Below, piece after piece: positions 25,075-32,000 of a DNA stretch of 32,000 bases. A program made the position numbers and the translations under genes. Each line of letters starts with the position of its first letter. The stretch's first letter is position 1. The stretch spans positions 300,001 to 332,000 of the forward strand of contig JAWBCC010000001.1 of NCBI GenBank assembly GCA_038823825.1, given 5' to 3'. This DNA comes from Candidatus Hadarchaeales archaeon (GTDB taxonomy: Archaea > Hadarchaeota > Hadarchaeia > Hadarchaeales > Hadarchaeaceae). The notes beneath the pieces were generated by a model that saw only the letters and a list, made by a program, of their open reading frames with translations, had not been told where the DNA came from and did not search any database.

Positions 25075-25788
25075 ATGCTTATCATCCCGGCAGTAGACAT
25101 AAGCCAAGGAAGGTGCGTACAGCTGGTGGAGGGAAAGATAGAAACCGCGAAGATCTACGGAGACCCTGTTGAGTGGGCGAAGAATTGGCAAAGAGAAGGG
25201 GCAAAATGCTTGCACGTGGTGGATCTCGATGCAGCACTCGGCTTAGGGGACAATCTGGGAAAGATTTTGGAGATTCTTAGCGAAATCAAAATTCCAGTCC
25301 AAGTAGGTGGAGGGATAAGAACTCTCGAAAGAGCAAAATCGCTGATAATGGCCGGAGCCAAGCGTTTAGCAGTTGGAACAATCGCAATTAGGAATCCGGA
25401 GCTCTTGGACGCGCTTATCAGCGAATTTGGAGGGAAAAAATTGGTTATAGCAATTGACTCTAGACGTGGAAAGATAGCTGTGGAGGGGTGGCAGAAAACG
25501 GTAGATCTAAGTCCTCAGGAAACTGTGAAAAATTTTGAGAAGAAAGGCGTTTGGGGTTTCCTTTTCACTTGCGTAGACGTGGAGGGGAAAATGTCTGGAG
25601 TAGATATAGAAGAAACGAGAAAGCTGGTTTCTTTGACAAATCTGCCTGTTATAGCGTCTGGGGGCGTCGGAAATCTCGATGATATACGAAAACTGAAATC
25701 GACTGGAGTCTATGGAGTGATCATCGGAAAGACGTTATATGATGGGAGATTTAGTTTGCAAGAGGCGATGGAGGTAGCGTCAACATGA
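25075..25788 (+). CDS. hisA: ProFAR isomerase
   Basis: 237 aa, MLIIPAVDISQGRCVQLVEG, VVDLDAALG, IPVQVGGGIRT, VIASGGVGNLDDI. Confidence 0.97.
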   Translation: MLIIPAVDISQGRCVQLVEGKIETAKIYGDPVEWAKNWQREGAKCLHVVDLDAALGLGDNLGKILEILSEIKIPVQVGGGIRTLERAKSLIMAGAKRLAVGTIAIRNPELLDALISEFGGKKLVIAIDSRRGKIAVEGWQKTVDLSPQETVKNFEKKGVWGFLFTCVDVEGKMSGVDIEETRKLVSLTNLPVIASGGVGNLDDIRKLKSTGVYGVIIGKTLYDGRFSLQEAMEVAST

Positions 25789-26354
25789 GAGATTGCACAG
25801 TTCACCGCAAAACGAAGGAAACGGACATAAAGGTAAAAATCAACTTAGACGGTTCAGGGAAATCTTCTATTGAAACCGGAATCGAATTTTTAAATCACAT
25901 GTTGGCGTCCATGGCAAAGCACGGACGATTTGACCTAGAGGTGACTGCTACTGGTGATTTGAAGCACCACATTGTGGAAGATGTTGCCATATGTCTTGGT
26001 CTGGCTGTGGACAAAGCGCTTGGAGAAAAGAAAGACATAGCGAGGATAGGAACTGCGGTAGTTCCAATGGATGACGCCTTGGTTCTCGTTGCTGTCGATC
26101 TGAGCGGTAGGGCCTATTCAGACATATCTCTTAAGGCCAAGGCTAGGAAAATCGAGGACATAAGTGCAGATCTTTTGGAACATTTCCTAGATACTTTTGC
26201 GAAAAATGGGAGATTTAATCTTCACGTTATTGTTTTAAAGGGCAAGAATGATCACCACAAGATTGAGGCGGCTTTCAAGGCTTTGGGGGCAGCGCTTCGA
26301 GAAGCAGTAAAACAAATCGGAGGAGGTATCCCGAGCACAAAGGGTGTACTCTAG
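25785..26354 (+). CDS. hisB: Imidazoleglycerol-phosphate dehydratase
   Basis: 189 aa, RKTKETDIKVKINLDG, GIEFLNHMLASMAKHG, HHIVEDVAICLG, NDHHKIEAAFKALG. Confidence 0.97.
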   Translation: MRDCTVHRKTKETDIKVKINLDGSGKSSIETGIEFLNHMLASMAKHGRFDLEVTATGDLKHHIVEDVAICLGLAVDKALGEKKDIARIGTAVVPMDDALVLVAVDLSGRAYSDISLKAKARKIEDISADLLEHFLDTFAKNGRFNLHVIVLKGKNDHHKIEAAFKALGAALREAVKQIGGGIPSTKGVL

Positions 26355-27653
26355 ATGATGAGAGTGGTAGAGCTTTCAAAATGCTCTCCAAAAGAACGGA
26401 AAGAGCTTTTGAAGAGATCTGAGATTCGCATAGAATCTGTTCTCCGCGACGTCGCAAAGATAGTTGATGATGTGAGAAGAAGGGGTGACAGAGCATTGCT
26501 GGAGTATACAAAGAAATTCGATAAAGTAACGATTTTCCAAAAGAGGCTTAGGGTATCTGAAGATGAAATAGAGCAGGCGGTTAGGGCTTGTGATGAAGAG
26601 ACAATCAAAGCCTTGGAAAATCTGGCTCGTGCAATTCGTAAATTTCACCTGAAACAACTTCCAAGGGAATGGTTTGCCGAAATCTCGAAAGGAGTAACTT
26701 TAGGTCAAGTCTTAAGGCCGTTAGACAGAGTGGGGGTCTATGTTCCTGGAGGACAAGCTAGATATCCATCTACTCTTCTGATGGGAACGGTTCCGGCAAA
26801 GGTGGCCGGTGTGAAGGAAGTAATAGTTTGCACGCCGCCAATGCGCGACGGAAGTGTCAATTCTGTAATTCTGGCTGCGGCAAAGATAGCGAAAGTGGAT
26901 GCAGTTTTCCGAGTAGGTGGAGCTCAAGCAATCGCGGCAATGGCATACGGCACCGAAAGTATTCCAAAAGTTGATAAAATTGTTGGTCCCGGCAATATCT
27001 ACGTCTCCGCTGCCAAAAGGTTGGTCTCATCCGTTGTCGATGTGGATTTTGAAGCCGGGCCAACTGAATTGCTCATCGTCGCTGATGAGAGCGCCAGTCC
27101 AGTTTTTCTTGCTGCAGACATCATCGCTCAAGCGGAACACGACGTGGAAGCCGCCTGCGTGCTCGTTACCACGAGTCGCGATCTAGCAAGAGAAACGCAA
27201 AAATGGATTATGAAACTTTTGGTCGAAATCCCTCGAAAAAATATAGTTATAGAGTCTCTCAATAGACGCGGATTGATAGTTTTAGTAAAAAATCTTCAGG
27301 AAGCAATAGATTTTGCGAACGATTACGCTCCGGAACATTTGGAGCTTGTTGTGAAGAATTCCAAGAAATATCTCAAAAAAGTCAGAAACGCTGGAGCGAT
27401 ATTCTTAGGTAGCTTTTCTCCGGTAGCTGTTGGAGACTTGGCTTCCGGACCGAACCACATTCTCCCCACTGGAGGTAAAGCGAGATTTCGTTCAGGGCTT
27501 TCGGTTTTAGATTTTCTGAAGATTTTGAGTGTTCAAGAGCTCACTAGAAAGGGCTTAAAACGATTGGCTCCGATCGTTAATGCGATCGCTAAGGTTGAGG
27601 ATCTTGAGGCGCATTCTTTAAGCGTAAAGGTGAGACTTCAAAGGGAGGATTAA
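26355..27653 (+). CDS. hisD: Histidinol dehydrogenase
   Basis: 432 aa, VGVYVPGGQARYPSTLLMGTVPAKVAGVKE, GPGNIYVSAAKRLV, AQAEHDVEAACVL, NHILPTGGKARF. Confidence 0.98.
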   Translation: MMRVVELSKCSPKERKELLKRSEIRIESVLRDVAKIVDDVRRRGDRALLEYTKKFDKVTIFQKRLRVSEDEIEQAVRACDEETIKALENLARAIRKFHLKQLPREWFAEISKGVTLGQVLRPLDRVGVYVPGGQARYPSTLLMGTVPAKVAGVKEVIVCTPPMRDGSVNSVILAAAKIAKVDAVFRVGGAQAIAAMAYGTESIPKVDKIVGPGNIYVSAAKRLVSSVVDVDFEAGPTELLIVADESASPVFLAADIIAQAEHDVEAACVLVTTSRDLARETQKWIMKLLVEIPRKNIVIESLNRRGLIVLVKNLQEAIDFANDYAPEHLELVVKNSKKYLKKVRNAGAIFLGSFSPVAVGDLASGPNHILPTGGKARFRSGLSVLDFLKILSVQELTRKGLKRLAPIVNAIAKVEDLEAHSLSVKVRLQRED

Positions 27654-27655
27654 GG

Positions 27656-27934
27656 ATGGGAACCGAGATTTTGGATGAAATATTCGAGGTAATACTCGAT
27701 CGAAAAAGAAATCCGAAACCCGACTCCTATGTTTCTAAACTTCTTTCTACTGGAGAAGCCAGCGACAAGGTTCTAGAAGAGGCAAGTGAACTAGTTGAGG
27801 CAGCAAGAGAAAAGGAGAAGAAGGAAATAATACACGAAGCAGCGGATTTAATTTTCCACACATTGGTTTTGATGGCCGAGAAAGATGTTCACATAGCTGA
27901 AGTAATGGATGAACTTAAAAAAAGGCGCAGGTAA
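27656..27934 (+). CDS. hisE: Phosphoribosyl-ATP pyrophosphohydrolase
   Basis: 92 aa, SYVSKLLSTGEASDKVLEEASELVEAAREKEKKEIIHEAADLIFHTLVLM. Confidence 0.97.
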   Translation: MGTEILDEIFEVILDRKRNPKPDSYVSKLLSTGEASDKVLEEASELVEAAREKEKKEIIHEAADLIFHTLVLMAEKDVHIAEVMDELKKRRR

Positions 27935-27955
27935 TCAAAAGCCGGGGCGTGGAGT

Positions 27956-28360
27956 GTGATGAAACTTTCGGAGAAACGGGCGAACGATGTTATCAAAAGG
28001 CTCAAATTCAGAAACGGATTAGTTTTAGCTGTTGTCTGCGATTCAAAGACAAAGGAAATTTTGATGGTTGGGTATCAAAATCGCGAAGCGGTTAAGCGTT
28101 CTTTTACAGAAGGTAGAATGTACTTCTGGAGCAGAGAGAGAAGAAAACTTTGGCTGAAAGGTGAGACATCAGGACATTTCCAATACATAGAGCGAATAAG
28201 AATTGACTGTGATGGAGATGCAATTTTATATTACGTGAAACAAGTGGGGGGAGCTTGCCACGAAGGTTACAAGAGCTGCTTTTATCGTGAATTAACACGA
28301 GAAGGCATCAAAGTAGTGGAGAAAAAGATCTTCGATCCAGAAAAAGTTTACAGGTCCTAG
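27956..28360 (+). CDS. hisI: Phosphoribosyl-AMP cyclohydrolase
   Basis: 134 aa, ILMVGYQNREAVKRSF, MYFWSRERRKLWLKGETSGHFQYI, CDGDAILYYV, ACHEGYKSCFYR. Confidence 0.97.
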   Translation: MMKLSEKRANDVIKRLKFRNGLVLAVVCDSKTKEILMVGYQNREAVKRSFTEGRMYFWSRERRKLWLKGETSGHFQYIERIRIDCDGDAILYYVKQVGGACHEGYKSCFYRELTREGIKVVEKKIFDPEKVYRS

Positions 28361-29424
28361 GATTTTTTGAAACCAATTCCTTCAACCGAAATTCGAGCAA
28401 ATTCTCCCATCTCGCCCTTTATATCAAACCTAACACCGACAATTTTCTCCATGAGTATTATGTTAGTCATCGTATGGAGAGTTAGCTTAGCGCAGCTTAT
28501 TTCAGATCTCCCGTTAGCTATTGCCATATATGGAATAAGCTGGTCAGCCAAATGTTCATCGACACCCGCACCACTAGAAAGTTGTGCTGCAAGTTTGTTG
28601 GCAGCTTCCTCTCCAACTCTCTCGGCAGGTTTGCCTGGCTTTCCCAAAGCACTGGCTCCTAGAATGCATCCATTTTCGGTTTCGGCCCAGAGGGTTATCC
28701 CGGCTCCGGGAGCAAGGTGTGGATCCTCTTCAGGTTTGTATGTTTCTTTCTTAATTTCGATATTTGAGTATCCTGCTCTCAAAAGCTTTTTGGTCGCGGC
28801 ATGTGCCATTCTTTGTGCAACGTTTGGTGGCAGTTTGACCGAATGTGCAATTCCAAGAATTCTCTCGACCTTGCCGGGCTCTGTGAGAACAATTGATTTG
28901 AGGATCTCAATCGGTTCGATCTCGGCCTTGATTAAACCTCCGCCCACGGGATAATGTCCTCGTCTTAAGCATTCTATTTTAGCCCGGTATCCCATTTTTT
29001 CCAGAATTCTGAGAGTCACATTTTTCCAAAAATCAATCGGTGGAGCCATGGGATTGTCCGTTCCCCCCGAAATTTCTACTGTGATTGAGCCATCGGCGAA
29101 GGCGGCTGGAGGCATAATGGTTTGAAGAATCAGAGTGGTGCTTCCAGCAGTTCCTATGTCTATCCTGTAATTTCCACTTAAAATCTTACCCGGGTAAAAG
29201 TGTATCTCCGTACTCCCGATTTGCGCACCCTTGACTTCTCCACTAGTTATTTCCGCAAGAGCTTTTATCGCTTTCAAATGTTGAGGCTGCAAACCAGGTT
29301 TTGGTCTTTTTGCACGGATGTTGAAGATTCTGACAGGTTTTCCAAGCAAGGCACAAATAGCAGTAGATATCCTGACCACGGAGCCTCCGCCTTCTCCAAT
29401 AGATCCATCTATCTCGAGCATCAC
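28357..29424 (-). CDS. rtcA: RNA 3'-terminal phosphate cyclase
   Basis: 355 aa, DGSIGEGGGSVVRISTAICALLGKPVRIFNIRAKRPKPGLQPQHL, GAGITLWAETENG, ADQLIPYMAIANG. Confidence 0.97.
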   Translation of the reverse strand: MMLEIDGSIGEGGGSVVRISTAICALLGKPVRIFNIRAKRPKPGLQPQHLKAIKALAEITSGEVKGAQIGSTEIHFYPGKILSGNYRIDIGTAGSTTLILQTIMPPAAFADGSITVEISGGTDNPMAPPIDFWKNVTLRILEKMGYRAKIECLRRGHYPVGGGLIKAEIEPIEILKSIVLTEPGKVERILGIAHSVKLPPNVAQRMAHAATKKLLRAGYSNIEIKKETYKPEEDPHLAPGAGITLWAETENGCILGASALGKPGKPAERVGEEAANKLAAQLSSGAGVDEHLADQLIPYMAIANGRSEISCAKLTLHTMTNIILMEKIVGVRFDIKGEMGEFARISVEGIGFKKS

Positions 29425-29458
29425 TCAAATAAGAGATTTCAACCAAAAAAGAATATGT

Positions 29459-31083
<1,625 letters not shown>

Positions 31084-31091
<8 letters not shown>

Positions 31092-32000
31092 CGAGAAGAA
31101 TGTTCACAATTTCTTCCGGCTTGAATTCGATAATGTCATCGTAGCTTTGTCCAGTACCCAGAAAGATGATCGGCTTTCCAGTGACATATGCGACGGAAAG
31201 AGCAGCCCCTCCTCTCGCATCTGCATCCATCTTACAAAGTATCGATCCGCTTATGCCCACTGCTTCATTGAAAGATTTCGCCTGCTCTACTGCATCATTG
31301 CCGGCCAATGCGTCACCAACGAAAATTACAGCATCGGGTTTGCTAATTCTGACTATCTTCTTCATTTCGTCCATCAGATTTACATCAGTTTGCATTCTCC
31401 CCGCCGTGTCTACGAGAACGACGTCGTATCCATTTGCTTTTGCATGCTGTATTGCATCGTAGGCTACTGCCGCAGCATCAGCTCCTCTGCGTTGTTTTAC
31501 TACCGGGATTTGCAGTCTTTGAGCATGAATCTCAATCTGTTCAATCCCTGCGGCTCTAAACGTGTCTGCGGCAGCTAGCACTACCTTAAATCCTCTATCT
31601 TTCAAGAATTTTCCGAGCTTGGCAATCGTAGTGGTTTTTCCGGTGCCGTTTATTCCAACGAAAACTATGACGGCCGGATTTCCAGTTTTCCTCTTTTCCT
31701 TGATCAATTCGAGTAGATCTAGCTTTTCCTTAGGAGTCAACACTTCCAACAAAATTTTTCTAAGAATTTCTGTCACGACTTTTTTTGGATCTTCGTCGGC
31801 CTTGATCTTCTTTTCGGCAAGTTCACTTTTTAATTTCTCGGTAACGTAAGCTACTACCGGGAGAGCGACATCGCTCTCGAGCAGAGAAACCTCAAGGTCC
31901 CATATTATGTCTTCCAGATCTTCTGGTGAGAGTTTGCGAAAGATTATTTTCTTGATTGCTCTTCTTACCGTTCTTTTTGGCTTTTCCGGCGGAGGCGGAA
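31084..32000 (-). CDS. ftsY: Signal recognition particle receptor FtsY, N-terminus beyond window
   Basis: GINGTGKTTTIAKL, DTAGRMQTDVNLMDEM, KMDADARGGAALSVAY. The frame is open through 32000 (…IIFRKLSPEDLEDIIWDLEVSLLESDVALPVVAYVTEKLKSEL…), so the track start at 31776 is internal. Confidence 0.96.

Overview
Compact archaeal chromosomal segment with about 37 protein genes, mostly housekeeping. Contents include: the rpl4 (5' end)/rpl3 edge of a ribosomal-protein operon; an ArsB/NhaD-type permease plus a UspA-like protein; two aminotransferases; a TauE/SafE exporter; a creatininase-family hydrolase; a DUF72 protein; metallo-beta-lactamase-fold proteins; thpR; hisF-hisH; deoC; an M29 aminopeptidase plus a PAC2-family protein; argS; an ECF-S-like membrane protein plus DUF4430; an Lrp/AsnC regulator divergent from a DUF1152-hisCGABDEI operon; rtcA; ogt; nadM; a SAM hydroxide adenosyltransferase; and ftsY (runs off the window). 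The least ordinary region is 8.1-12.1 kb on the minus strand. It holds six overlapping small ORFs, each with one N-terminal hydrophobic segment, and four of these have Arg-Gly just before it. This looks like an archaeal type IV pilin/pseudopilin-like surface or secretion assembly with no motor genes nearby. The second clear non-protein signal is an unlisted box C/D sRNA at 12757-12825. It has a perfect 7-bp terminal stem and two guides that I can match by memory to conserved 16S decoding-centre and 23S peptidyl-transferase-centre sequences. No CRISPR array, transposase or tRNA was recognised.
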